From the NCBI GenBank assembly GCA_039191605.1, contig JBCCXL010000018.1, positions 47,521-111,520 of the forward strand: a stretch of DNA of 64,000 bases, in the 5' to 3' direction. Below the pieces are notes generated by a model that worked only from the letters and a program-made list of their open reading frames with translations, made no database searches and was not told the DNA's origin. How positions within the stretch are numbered: the first letter of the stretch is position 1; every line of letters starts with the position of its first letter. The stretch comes from Acidobacteriota bacterium (GTDB taxonomy: Bacteria > Acidobacteriota > Thermoanaerobaculia > Multivoradales > JAHZIX01). Position numbers and translations under genes: made by a program. This document shows positions 1-10,254 of this stretch, in pieces.

Positions 1-36
1 CGATGGTACAAACCTGTGAATACCGGAGATGGACTC

Positions 37-663
37 ATGATTCGTTACGCTTTTGATCGTTTCCTTCAGCCCTCTTGCGTCTTGCTTCTCGCCTTGGTGA
101 TGACCTTTGCCTTCAGTGGCCTCACCTCGGCTCCGGCCGTAATGGCTGACGACGCCTCGGCTTCCACCTCTGCTCCTACCGCTGAACTCGCTTCCGCCGC
201 TGAGCTCAGTCCCTCACAGCAGGCCTTCGAGCTGCTCAAGGGTCTTTCCGGGACCTGGATCGGCAAAGGTGCCTATAGCGCCGGTGGGGACGCCTTTCCG
301 GCGAAGCATGAATACCGGGTCACCGCCGCCGGCCATACCGTGATGGAGGTGCAGAACGTCGGCACCGATCACGAGATGGTCAGCATGTTCTACCTCGAGG
401 ACGGCCACCTCGTGCTGAATCACTATTGCGCTGGCGGTAACCAGCCGAAGATGGCCCTCGACGAGAGCCTCTTTGCCGCAGAGGGGACGCTGAATTTTGA
501 CTTCCTCGGCGGCACCAATCTCGACCCCAAGACCGATGGCCACATTCACGGCGGCCGCTTCCACCTAGCAGACGACGGCACCCTCAAAGCCACCTGGCTC
601 TCCTGGAGCGAAGGACAGCCCGTCGGCGAGCTGGTCTTCACCGTGCAGCGGGAAGAGGGCTGA
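37..663 (+). CDS. Hypothetical secreted protein, probable beta-barrel
   Basis: ATG at 37 (track starts at GTG 16); hydrophobic signal-like N-terminus, Ala/Ser linker, then alternating beta-strand pattern with HYC and GHIH motifs; genome-typical codon usage. Confidence 0.75.
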   Translation: MIRYAFDRFLQPSCVLLLALVMTFAFSGLTSAPAVMADDASASTSAPTAELASAAELSPSQQAFELLKGLSGTWIGKGAYSAGGDAFPAKHEYRVTAAGHTVMEVQNVGTDHEMVSMFYLEDGHLVLNHYCAGGNQPKMALDESLFAAEGTLNFDFLGGTNLDPKTDGHIHGGRFHLADDGTLKATWLSWSEGQPVGELVFTVQREEG

Positions 664-729
664 GGGCGTCTGTAGATTTTGTAGAGACGAGTCTAGCTAC
701 ACTTAGCCTTCATCGAAGACTGGACTTTA

Positions 730-1695
730 TTGATGACGAGCAAGTACCGCAGCGAAGCCTTCACAGTAGTTTTTGCGCTGCTGTTCATTACCTGCTTGGT
801 GGTGCTTGTATCCACGAGCCTAGTACCTCTCGAGGAGGGACCGGTTCCAGCGGTTGCCGAGGAAGAAGCTACGACTGGGTTCGGAATGGGGCGTGGGGAG
901 TGGCTAGATCTCACCTTAGCGCTGGTCAACATTGGCCTAGTTCTGTTGACCATCATGGTGGCCTTGGTGGGGATCTGGGGTGGTCAGCTGGTTGAGGGGA
1001 TGGTGCGTAGAGAGGTCAAGGAGCAGCTACAGAGCGCGCAGGAGCAGATGGACCGGCAGGTAAAGGACGCTGAGGGGATGCACTCCGAGCTGCGAGGGCT
1101 CTTAGCTGAGACAAGGCTGAGCTCGAAACAGGTACAGGATCTGCTCACTGCGCGTCTTTACAACACGAATGCTCTAACCTTCGGACGGCTGGCACGAGAC
1201 GAGGGGAACTTCCGCGAGGTCAAGCGCAATGACCTTTTGTCTCGCGCCCTTGCCTTCGCTAATCTCTCCTTAGAGCTCTTCGATGAGCTGATGAAGAGAG
1301 GGGACAAGGGACAGGCGGAAGGTTCTTCCCCATCGACGGCGCAGGGTGTTGAGAAGGAGCTGCGAGTTCTTCGCCTTCGAGCCGTGAACAATCTGGTCTT
1401 CTACCGCGCTCTGCAGGGGGATTCTAGCCAGGCTGAGAAAACCTTGAGGTTGGCCGAAGAGCTACGGGAGTTCGGATTGAACGACGTCAAGGGGCGGGCA
1501 GGTATGTTGCTCACCTGGGTTCGCGCTGTCGGTGAGTTTTGCCGTGATGATCCTGAGCAAGTAAAGCGAATGCAGCAGATGCTGTTATCGATTCGCAAGA
1601 ATGCTGCGATCACGGACGAGATGGGAGCAGAGCTAAAGCAATACGAGAATTGGGTCGGTAAATTGACCGATGCTCAGCAGGATGCTGCAACATGA
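730..1695 (+). CDS. Hypothetical membrane-anchored helical protein (2 TM, coiled coil, TPR-like helices)
   Basis: 321-aa ORF; two hydrophobic segments, heptad-like stretch, helical C-terminus; more A/T third positions than neighbours. Confidence 0.7.
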   Translation: MMTSKYRSEAFTVVFALLFITCLVVLVSTSLVPLEEGPVPAVAEEEATTGFGMGRGEWLDLTLALVNIGLVLLTIMVALVGIWGGQLVEGMVRREVKEQLQSAQEQMDRQVKDAEGMHSELRGLLAETRLSSKQVQDLLTARLYNTNALTFGRLARDEGNFREVKRNDLLSRALAFANLSLELFDELMKRGDKGQAEGSSPSTAQGVEKELRVLRLRAVNNLVFYRALQGDSSQAEKTLRLAEELREFGLNDVKGRAGMLLTWVRAVGEFCRDDPEQVKRMQQMLLSIRKNAAITDEMGAELKQYENWVGKLTDAQQDAAT

Positions 1696-1757
1696 GCCTC
1701 GAAGACTGAACCTGCTGCGTCGCTGAGCTTTTCTGGGGAGTGTTTCAGGGCATCAGA

Positions 1758-1782
1758 AAAGCCCAGCCTGAGGCTGGGCTTT
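1758..1782. terminator. Intrinsic terminator, possibly bidirectional
   Basis: AAAGCCCAGCC-TGA-GGCTGGGCTTT perfect hairpin with A/T runs on both sides. Confidence 0.75.
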
Positions 1783-1997
1783 CGTAGGGAGCGAAGGCGG
1801 TGCTGTGGACTAGTGCCAGACGACATGATCAGTCCGACTTCCGCCTGGAGCTACTCGCTTTAGGGAACAGAGCCCTGAAGTGAAGGGCCGGGAACAGGTC
1901 TCGGGGAACAGGATGACTCCCGGCTTGAGTCAGTGGGATGGAAGCAAGGGTCCGCACTCTTCTAGATGAAGAGTTTCAAGCTTCTTAGGCGGACCCT

Positions 1998-2030
1998 TCA
2001 GACTTCGTAATCACCTTCGTAGATCGTCAT
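1998..2030 (-). CDS. Candidate 10-aa peptide MTIYEGDYEV
   Basis: ATG preceded by GAGGTGAGG SD-like sequence; TATAAT about 100 nt upstream and a terminator downstream on the same strand. Confidence 0.3.
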   Translation of the reverse strand: MTIYEGDYEV

Positions 2031-2127
2031 GATGCCTCACCTCTCTGGTGCTTGGTTGATCATCGCAGTGAGACCGAGTGCGATTGACGGGCTGTCGCGC
2101 TGGTTCTGCACCCTTGCTTGGGAATCG

Positions 2128-2155
2128 ATTATACCTCGACGCTCTTCGCCGTCAT
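2128..2155 (-). promoter_or_regulatory. Candidate sigma70 promoter ATGACG-N16-TATAAT
   Basis: Perfect TATAAT at 2133-2128 in high-GC DNA with a 4/6 -35 box. Confidence 0.4.
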
Positions 2156-2329
2156 CGTGACCACGTGGCTGCTTCATCAACTCTCGGTAGCTGCTTGGGA
2201 CTTGCCGGTTTGGACAGCTTTTCTGTGCCCCTTGCCTCACCCAGAATAACGTGACCCAGGAGGGCAGAATTCCAGGAAGCCGGTCCGTGGATGCGGTCTT
2301 GTCCTGAGATCAAGTTCTCCCGCTTGGCT

Positions 2330-3463
2330 CTAGGACTGAGCCTCTTCCGATGCCACGACACCTGCGACCGGGACGGCAATGGCGGTGGTATCCGGCGGTA
2401 GGGAGCTGGTGGGGTCGTCGGGGGAGGGGCCGAGGAGGACGGCGATCCAGCGGGTGGAGGGACGTCGCTCCATGGCGATTTTGATCACCATGGTGAGGGG
2501 CGCGGAGAGGAACATGCCCACCGGCCCGAGGAGCCAACCCCAGAACACCAGGGAGACGAAGACCACCAGGGTGGAGAGGCCGAGGCCGCGGCCCATGAGT
2601 CGGGGCTCAACGAGGTTGGCGAGGACGAGGTTGATCAGCACGTAGCCGGCGGCGAGGTAGAGAGCGCCGCTGGGGCCGAGCTGCACCAGTGCCAGGAGCA
2701 CCGCGGGAATGGCGGCGAGGACGGAGCCGATATTCGGCACGTAGTTGAGCAGGAAGCCGAGGATCGCCCACAGCAGGGCGAAATCGACGCCGATGATCAG
2801 GGCCCAGAGGCCGATGAGAGCGCCGGTAGCGAGGCTGACCACGGTCTTGATGGAGAGATAGCGCTTGATGTCTCGGGTGACCCGTCGCAGGTAGTCGAGG
2901 GTGTCGCTCTTGGCGCCGAAGGCGCTGCGGATCTTGTCCGGCAGGCTGGAGGCCTCCAGCAGCATGAAGAAGACCGTCGCCAGAATCAGCAGGAAGTTAC
3001 CGAAGGCGCTGCTGAAGGAGGTCAGCACGCCGGCAGCCAGGGAGAGGGCGGAGCTCAGCTCGACCTCCCCCAGCAGGTCGTCCACCGTGATGTTTTGGTC
3101 CAGGACTTGGGGAAGCTTGACCTGGGAGGTGAGGTCCATCAGCTCGGTGCGCACCCGCTCCTCGTAGAAGGGCAACCGGTTGGTGAAGCGGTCGAGGGTG
3201 CCGCCGACGTAGTAGCTCAGCAGCAGCAGCGGCACCATCAGGCCCGCCAGCACCAGAGTGGCAGCGAGCCAGGTGGGAACCTTGCGCCGCTCGAGGGCGG
3301 CGACCCCGGGATGGATGACCACGGCGAAAAACACCGCCAGCAGGAAGGGCACCAGCAGCCCCTGGGCGCTCTGGGCGGAGAAGAGCAGGTACACCACGCC
3401 GCAGCCCACCAGCAGGGCTCGGACGCCGGAGGAGATGAGTTTTCGTTGGCTCATGGATGACAC
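2330..3463 (-). CDS. AI-2E (TqsA/YhhT, PerM) family transporter
   Basis: Multi-TM protein with LNYVPNIGS, LVEPRLMGRGLGLS and WGWLLGPVGMFLSAPLT motifs. Confidence 0.9.
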   Translation of the reverse strand: MSSMSQRKLISSGVRALLVGCGVVYLLFSAQSAQGLLVPFLLAVFFAVVIHPGVAALERRKVPTWLAATLVLAGLMVPLLLLSYYVGGTLDRFTNRLPFYEERVRTELMDLTSQVKLPQVLDQNITVDDLLGEVELSSALSLAAGVLTSFSSAFGNFLLILATVFFMLLEASSLPDKIRSAFGAKSDTLDYLRRVTRDIKRYLSIKTVVSLATGALIGLWALIIGVDFALLWAILGFLLNYVPNIGSVLAAIPAVLLALVQLGPSGALYLAAGYVLINLVLANLVEPRLMGRGLGLSTLVVFVSLVFWGWLLGPVGMFLSAPLTMVIKIAMERRPSTRWIAVLLGPSPDDPTSSLPPDTTAIAVPVAGVVASEEAQS

Positions 3464-3667
3464 AGATTCGAAGGCCCAGTTTCGACGGGCCAGTTTCGAA
3501 GGAACAGACCCGAAGCGTTCGTTGTTCGTTAGCGGGGCCGAATCAATGAGGTGAGGAATCCGCCTTCATGCTAGCAAACGCGGACCGGCTCTGGCCGAGA
3601 GATCATCTCTCCGAGGCCAGCCCTCCCAAGACCCAGAGGTGGGCAGCAGAGCAGCAGGCTTCGGGCC

Positions 3668-5227
3668 TCAGGGCATGGGCGGAAAGTGCGTCAGCTGCCT
3701 TCGGGCCAGGGCCGCGCTGCCGCGGCGATCGAGCTTGCCGCTGGGCCTCAATGCCAGGGTTGGCAGCCACGCCACCCTGCGCGGTTGCTGATAGCGGGCG
3801 AGGTGCTCGTCGAGGGCGACGGCGAGGAGCTTCTGGGTCTCTTGGGAGGGCACAGGGCGGTGTTCGGCGGCGGGGACCAGGGCCGCCGCCACCACCTGCC
3901 CCCAGGTTTCGTCTTCGACGCCGAAGACGCAGGCAGCGGCGATTACCGGGTGGGCTTCCAGCACCGCCTCTACCGCCGCCGGGGCGACGTTCTCGCCGCC
4001 GGTGATGATGAGATCTCCGCGACGGCCGAGAACGTGGAGCCGGCCCTCGGCATCCCAGTGTCCGAAGTCTCCGGTGGCCAGCCAGCCGTCGGCGGAAAGC
4101 GGATCCTCCGCCCCTAGTATGCCGGAGAGTAGGGTCGGCCCTCGCAGCTGAATCTCTTCGTTGACCAGCCGTACCTCAGTTCCCGGCAGCGGCCGGCCCA
4201 CTCCTCCCTCGGAGTCTACGGCTCGGGGATCCTGGGTAGCGACCTGGGAGCAGGCTTCCGTCAAGCCGTAGGTCGGCACCACCGGCCACCCTCGCTCCAG
4301 CGCCCGGCGCAGCAGGGCCGGGGTGGCCGCGGCGCCGCCCAGCAGGACGGTGCGCAGCTCGGGAGGCGGAGCCAGGCGGGGAGTGGCGTCCAGCAGGTGG
4401 CGCAGCATGGTGGGCACCAGGGAGGCGATGGTGATCCGCCGCTCTTCGAGGGTGCGGTGGAATCGATGGGGGTCGAAGGAGCCGGTTTCGCGATCGATCA
4501 CCACCGCGGCTCCGGAGAGCAGGCAGCGGGTGAGCACCGACAGCCCGCCGACGTGGGCTGGGGTGAGGGAAAGGAGCCAGCGGTCTCCCGGACCCAGGGG
4601 CAGGTTGGCGGCGCTGGCAGCAGCGCTGGCGGCGAAGGCGCGATGGGAGAGGATCACCGCCTTGGGATTGCCGGAGGAGCCGGAGGTATAGAGCAGGGCG
4701 AGGGGATGCTCGCCGGAGAGTCGCGCGGAGGACGGCCTGCTGTGCGACCCGCCGCCTCGGGCTTCTGCGTTGCTAGCGTCTGCTTCCGCCGCCAGGAGAG
4801 CCTCCTGCTCACCGAGGATTGTCCACTGCTGTTTCCACGGCAGTCGCTGGAGCTGCTCCTCTACCTGTGCTGCCGGAGTCCGTGGATGCAGCAGCAGCGC
4901 CGGGATCCCCGAGTCCATCAAGCCCCAGACGGCCAGCACCACGCCGCGGTGGCGGAGACCTCGCAGGGCGACCGGCGGCTGAGTCAGGGTCCTCTGAAGG
5001 GGAGCTTGAAGGGGGGGGCGGGAGGGCGCGTCGTCGGTACTTCTACCGTCTGTGGCTCTGCCGTCCGTAGTTCCAGAAGTCCCCGACAGCAGCGAGGGGA
5101 GCATCCCCCGGGCGCTCTCCGCGACCTGCTGCCAGGTGAAGGAATCCCCCCGTTCATCCACCAGGGCGATCTCCTGGGGCCAGCGGCGCAGCGGGAGATC
5201 GAAGCCGAGGGTCTTCGCCGCGCTCAT
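3668..5227 (-). CDS. menE: o-succinylbenzoate-CoA ligase
   Basis: AMP-binding motifs YTSGSSGNPKAV, TYGLTEACSQV, GRRGDLIITGGENV, SGKLDR; men cluster context. Confidence 0.9.
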   Translation of the reverse strand: MSAAKTLGFDLPLRRWPQEIALVDERGDSFTWQQVAESARGMLPSLLSGTSGTTDGRATDGRSTDDAPSRPPLQAPLQRTLTQPPVALRGLRHRGVVLAVWGLMDSGIPALLLHPRTPAAQVEEQLQRLPWKQQWTILGEQEALLAAEADASNAEARGGGSHSRPSSARLSGEHPLALLYTSGSSGNPKAVILSHRAFAASAAASAANLPLGPGDRWLLSLTPAHVGGLSVLTRCLLSGAAVVIDRETGSFDPHRFHRTLEERRITIASLVPTMLRHLLDATPRLAPPPELRTVLLGGAAATPALLRRALERGWPVVPTYGLTEACSQVATQDPRAVDSEGGVGRPLPGTEVRLVNEEIQLRGPTLLSGILGAEDPLSADGWLATGDFGHWDAEGRLHVLGRRGDLIITGGENVAPAAVEAVLEAHPVIAAACVFGVEDETWGQVVAAALVPAAEHRPVPSQETQKLLAVALDEHLARYQQPRRVAWLPTLALRPSGKLDRRGSAALARRQLTHFPPMP

Positions 5228-5256
5228 CGGGGAGCCTTCCCCATCGGCGAGCGGCC

Positions 5257-6162
5257 CTACGGTGCCCCCAGCCGCAGGCCGAGGGCGAAGAGTAGGCAGA
5301 AGAGCATCAGCAGGCCGGCGGTGGTCTTGAATAGGGGGTTCAGGGCCCTCCCCTCCAGCTTCAGGATCCGCAGGCTGGCCCGCAGAGCGAGGGGCAGCGT
5401 GAGCAGAGGAAGCAGGGCCCAGGGGCCGGCGAGCTCCCGCACCACCACCAGGATCACCGCGAGGTAGGAGATGAGCAGCAGGCCGATGTATTCGCCGCGG
5501 GCGAAGCCCGCACCGAAGCGCACCGCGAGGGTTCGTTTATTCACCTCGACGTCGGTGGATCGATCCCGCAGGTTGTTGATCACCAGAATGCAGGTGGCCA
5601 GCGCTCCCGGCGGGATCGAGGCCCACCAGGCGATCTCGGGGATCTCCAGCAGCTGGACGTAGGCGGTTCCCACCACCGCCGCGAAGCCGAAGAAGAGGAT
5701 CACGAAGAGATCCCCGAGGCCGTAATAGGCCAAGGGCAGGGGCCCGCCGGTGTAGGCGATGCCGCAGGCGATGGAGATCAGCCCGAGGGCGAAGATCGGC
5801 CAGCCCGCCACGGCGGTCAAGTAGAGGCCGCAGAGCAGGGCGCCGCCAAAGGCGGCGAACATACCCCAGCGCATGTGACGAGGACTGATCCATCCGGCCT
5901 GCACCGCCCGAGTCGGCCCGAGACGCTCCTCGGTGTCGGCGCCCTTCTCGAAGTCGAGAACGTCGTTGGCGAAGTTGGTGCCGATCTGAATCAGTACGCC
6001 GCCGAGCAGGGCCATCAGGGCGGGAGCCCAGCGGAAGCCGCCGACGGTGGCTGCGCAGGCGCTCCCCACCAACACCGGAGCCAGGGTCGTCGTCAGGGTG
6101 GCGGGGCGAGCCGCCAGCAGCCAGGCGCGCACTGGGCCGGGGTTGGAGGGGGGAGCGCTCAT
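5257..6162 (-). CDS. menA: 1,4-dihydroxy-2-naphthoate polyprenyltransferase
   Basis: [30 protein letters not shown]...KRTLAVRFG UbiA/MenA motifs. Confidence 0.95.
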   Translation of the reverse strand: MSAPPSNPGPVRAWLLAARPATLTTTLAPVLVGSACAATVGGFRWAPALMALLGGVLIQIGTNFANDVLDFEKGADTEERLGPTRAVQAGWISPRHMRWGMFAAFGGALLCGLYLTAVAGWPIFALGLISIACGIAYTGGPLPLAYYGLGDLFVILFFGFAAVVGTAYVQLLEIPEIAWWASIPPGALATCILVINNLRDRSTDVEVNKRTLAVRFGAGFARGEYIGLLLISYLAVILVVVRELAGPWALLPLLTLPLALRASLRILKLEGRALNPLFKTTAGLLMLFCLLFALGLRLGAP

Positions 6163-6171
6163 TGGGAGACC

Positions 6172-7017
<846 letters not shown>

Positions 7018-7338
7018 CTTGGTCTCCTGGCTCTAGGCTGCGATGGCGGACTCTCTCCCGTCAGAGGGGAGAGAGCTCCTCGCCGTCGCGGCTCGTCGAG
7101 CTCGAAGTGATGTTGGCTCCTGCGGTACAGGGGCCGGGTTTGTGAGTTGAGGGAAAAGGCAGAGACGGAAGTTTCAGGGAGAGGGTTGAGGATCTCTGAG
7201 TCGGCGTCTTGCGGAGAGGCCTGGCCCTGAAGGGTTAGCTGCCCGCAGGCGACTCTGAAGAGGCGATCTCGTATCGATATGTCAGTCCGGAGTTCAGCCC
7301 GGCGGCGGGGCAGGTGCTCGAACGATACGGAGAGAGTT

Positions 7339-8169
7339 CTAGGAGGAACGGGGAGGAGCACCAGCCAGCGTTGGCAGCAGCGCCCCTAGCAGCACATTCG
7401 CTGTCGCAGGGGGCGCCGGATGACGGCTCGGTGCCGCTTGACGAAGGATTTGGGCGACGGCCTCGGGAGCTTCGAGCACCACATTGTGCCCTGCCCCCGG
7501 AACCACGATCGCTTCGCCCTGGGGGGCGAGGCTGGCCATGCGCTGAGCTAGGCCGACGAATTTCTCGTCTCTCTCGCCGGCGACGAAGGTCAGGGGGAGT
7601 GGTAGGCCGGGGAGAGCCCCCTCCCAGCGGGGCATAGCCGCCGGGCTGAAGGCCCGCAGGGCCGCCGCCAGAGCTGCCGGATCGAGGCCCCGACGCATGT
7701 CTAGAAGCTGCGCTCGATGGTTTTCGGATTGAGTCTTGGCGAAGAGAGGGCGCTGCCCCCAGGCGTCGAAGAAGGCGTCGATGCCTTCGGCCTCGAGGCG
7801 CCGCGCCCAGATTTCATCATCCTCTCGCCGCTGTCTGCGATGGGCTTCGCTCTCCAGGCCTGGATGGGCCCCGAGCAGAGTGGCGCCGGCGAAGAGATCG
7901 CGGTGTCGCGCCAGCAGGCCGAGGGCGAGGCGCCCTCCCAGGGAGTAGCCCACCAGGTGCCAGGGACCTTCCCCCCGCTGACTCAGCTGGAGGGCGATGC
8001 GATCCACCTCGGAAAGAAAGCTGTTACCCGGCGATGGGCCCTCATGGCCGGCGAGGGCCAGAGCTAGGGCCGGCGGATCGCCGAGGAGCTGGCGCACTTC
8101 GTCCCATTGGCTGCGGCGGCCGCCGAAGCCGTGGAGAAAGGCGAAGGAGGGATGGGGAGAGGGGCTCAT
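7339..8169 (-). CDS. menH: SHCHC synthase (alpha/beta hydrolase)
   Basis: FLHGFGG, GYSLGGRLAL, GERDEKF, AGHNV; follows menD. Confidence 0.9.
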   Translation of the reverse strand: MSPSPHPSFAFLHGFGGRRSQWDEVRQLLGDPPALALALAGHEGPSPGNSFLSEVDRIALQLSQRGEGPWHLVGYSLGGRLALGLLARHRDLFAGATLLGAHPGLESEAHRRQRREDDEIWARRLEAEGIDAFFDAWGQRPLFAKTQSENHRAQLLDMRRGLDPAALAAALRAFSPAAMPRWEGALPGLPLPLTFVAGERDEKFVGLAQRMASLAPQGEAIVVPGAGHNVVLEAPEAVAQILRQAAPSRHPAPPATANVLLGALLPTLAGAPPRSS

Positions 8170-8178
8170 GCTTCGGTG

Positions 8179-10236
8179 CTAGGGTTCGGAGTCGTGGTCT
8201 GATTCGACGAGAAGCTCGGCGACCTTCTGTTTCAGCGCCTTGAGCTCCTGAGTCGCGCTGTCCGGGGCGACCCGGGCCTCGATGAGATGAACGCCGGGTT
8301 CCCGCAGCGCGAGACTCAGTGCCTGCTGCAGCTGCTGCGGATTCTCCGCTCGGGCGTAGGGCAGCTGGAAGAGGGCCGCGGCGGACTCCAGGGAGAGGCC
8401 GTGGGGGGTGAGCCAATAGTCGAGATCCTGGGACGAGATTTGGGGCGACTTGGCGATGGGCAGCTGCTCGAAGATGCGTCCGCCGTCGTTGTGGATCACC
8501 ACTACCGCCACCGGCCGCTGAACGTAGCGGGCGCAGTGGAGGCCGCCGAGATCGTGGAGGAAGGATACGTCGCCGTAGAGCAGCGCCGCGGGAGTCAGCC
8601 GACTCTCGGACTCGCCGTCCTCGGCTTCCCGGATCGAGGCGCTGCCGAGAGCGCCGGAGGTCAGGCCGTCGATGCCGTTGGCGCCGCGCTGGGAGAGCAG
8701 CCGCAGCGAGGGGCCGCCGATGGGAGTCCAGGCGTCGAGGTGGCGCACCGGCAGGCTGTTGCCGACGGTGAGCTGAGCCGCCTCCGGCAGGGCCTGCACC
8801 AGCGCACGGGTGATCCAGCCTTCGGTGAGGCTCTGCTCCGCCCGGGGACGATCCTGGACTACATTCTCGATGGTGCTCTCGCAGCGGCGCTGAAGATCCT
8901 GCAGGCGCTCTACCCAGCGGCGGCGGTGGTGCTGGAGTTGGGGCTGGAGATCTTCCCCTCCGGTGCCTGGCTCCTGAATGCCCTCGGCAGCGGCGTGGAG
9001 GCCGTCGGTCACTCGCTCCAGCGCCGTGGAGGGCTCCGCCCACAGGATCTCCTCGGCGCTGCCGTGGGGGTCGGGCCAGCCCCGGCGACTGAGGACGATT
9101 CGCCTCGGGCGCTGAGCGCGGTGGTCGTCCAGCCAGCGCAGCCAGGCTCCGGAGGTCAGCGGCGGACCGATCTGCAGGATGAAGTCCGGGAGCCAGGGGG
9201 AGTCGGTGGTGCCTTGAGCGTCTTTCTCCACCCTCTGCTTCGGCGTGAGGCCTTCCCCGCGGGCGGCCGCCACCAGGGCGTCGATGGAGCCGAAGCGGGG
9301 ATCTTCGACCACGCTCTGGTCCGACTTTCGCGGATCGCCTCCGGGCCAGCGATCGGTTGCGCTATCGAACCACGGGCCGAAGCGCAGCTGGCTGGTGGCT
9401 TCGGCGAAGACCACCGCGTTCGCCGCGGCGGCGAGGCGGGCGACGGCGAATCGCAGGGACGAGTCTTCCAGCGGCGCCGGGCCGAGGGCGATGACCGGGC
9501 GCCGGGACTGGCGCAAGGCCCGCACCAGGCGCTGGATGCTCCGCGGCGCCGGCTGCAGCTCCGCGGGCTCGGTCGGCGGCAGGGGCTCTCGGAGAAGCTC
9601 TTCCACCTGTGCCCAGAGATTGCCTTCCGCCCCCTCTGGGATCGAGGGCTCCAGGGGCTTGCGGGCGCGGGCGTTGAGATGCACCGCTCCGGGCTCGGGT
9701 CCGCGACTGAGGGCTACCGCCTGGGCGGCGAGACGCCGCAGGCCCCGCAGGGCGGCGGGGTGAGGGTCCGGCGCGCCGAGCTCCAGGTAGGCGCGGGCGT
9801 GGTCGCCGAAGAGGCGCACCTGATCGATGGTCTGAGGCGCCGAGCAGCGCTGGAGCTCGAAGGGGCGATCGGCGGTGAGGGCGATCAGCGGAACGCCGCT
9901 GGCGGAGGCTTCCACCACCGCCGGGAGGTAATTCGCGGCGGCGCTGCCGGAGGTGCACAGCAGCAGGCTGGGGCGACCGCTGGAGCGGCCCTGGCCGAGG
10001 GCGTAGAAGGCCGCGGAGCGCTCGTCGAGAATGCTGACGCAGCGCAGGGCCGGGGTCGCCCGGGCGGCGGCGAGGAAGGGCGTGGAGCGAGATCCTGGGG
10101 AGATCACCACGTCCCGCACCCCGGCGTCCGCCAAGGATTGGAGCAGCAGTCGGCTCCAGGCGGTCAGCACCTCTCGGGAGGGGGCCGATGCCGAGGATGG
10201 CCGAGAGCTCGTGGCGACCTCAGGGGGCAGGGGCAT
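8179..10236 (-). CDS. menD: SEPHCHC synthase (ThDP-dependent)
   Basis: ISPGSRSTP, DERSAAFYALG, CTSGSA, TADRP, RGANGIDG, GDVSFLHD, NDGGRIF. Confidence 0.96.
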   Translation of the reverse strand: MPLPPEVATSSRPSSASAPSREVLTAWSRLLLQSLADAGVRDVVISPGSRSTPFLAAARATPALRCVSILDERSAAFYALGQGRSSGRPSLLLCTSGSAAANYLPAVVEASASGVPLIALTADRPFELQRCSAPQTIDQVRLFGDHARAYLELGAPDPHPAALRGLRRLAAQAVALSRGPEPGAVHLNARARKPLEPSIPEGAEGNLWAQVEELLREPLPPTEPAELQPAPRSIQRLVRALRQSRRPVIALGPAPLEDSSLRFAVARLAAAANAVVFAEATSQLRFGPWFDSATDRWPGGDPRKSDQSVVEDPRFGSIDALVAAARGEGLTPKQRVEKDAQGTTDSPWLPDFILQIGPPLTSGAWLRWLDDHRAQRPRRIVLSRRGWPDPHGSAEEILWAEPSTALERVTDGLHAAAEGIQEPGTGGEDLQPQLQHHRRRWVERLQDLQRRCESTIENVVQDRPRAEQSLTEGWITRALVQALPEAAQLTVGNSLPVRHLDAWTPIGGPSLRLLSQRGANGIDGLTSGALGSASIREAEDGESESRLTPAALLYGDVSFLHDLGGLHCARYVQRPVAVVVIHNDGGRIFEQLPIAKSPQISSQDLDYWLTPHGLSLESAAALFQLPYARAENPQQLQQALSLALREPGVHLIEARVAPDSATQELKALKQKVAELLVESDHDSEP

Positions 10237-10254
10237 GATCGGTGAGGGAGGGCC

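Noticed and set aside
1756-2121. tmRNA, RNase P RNA or tRNA identity for the candidate RNA
   Set aside because: Length resembles tmRNA, but no tRNA-like ends, T-loop/CCA or RNase P conserved motifs are visible
8287-10245. 652-aa plus-strand ORF and similar long antisense ORFs (5875-7110, 16658-17971, 26540-28030)
   Set aside because: Shadow frames opposite well-supported genes, expected in high-GC DNA; no motifs
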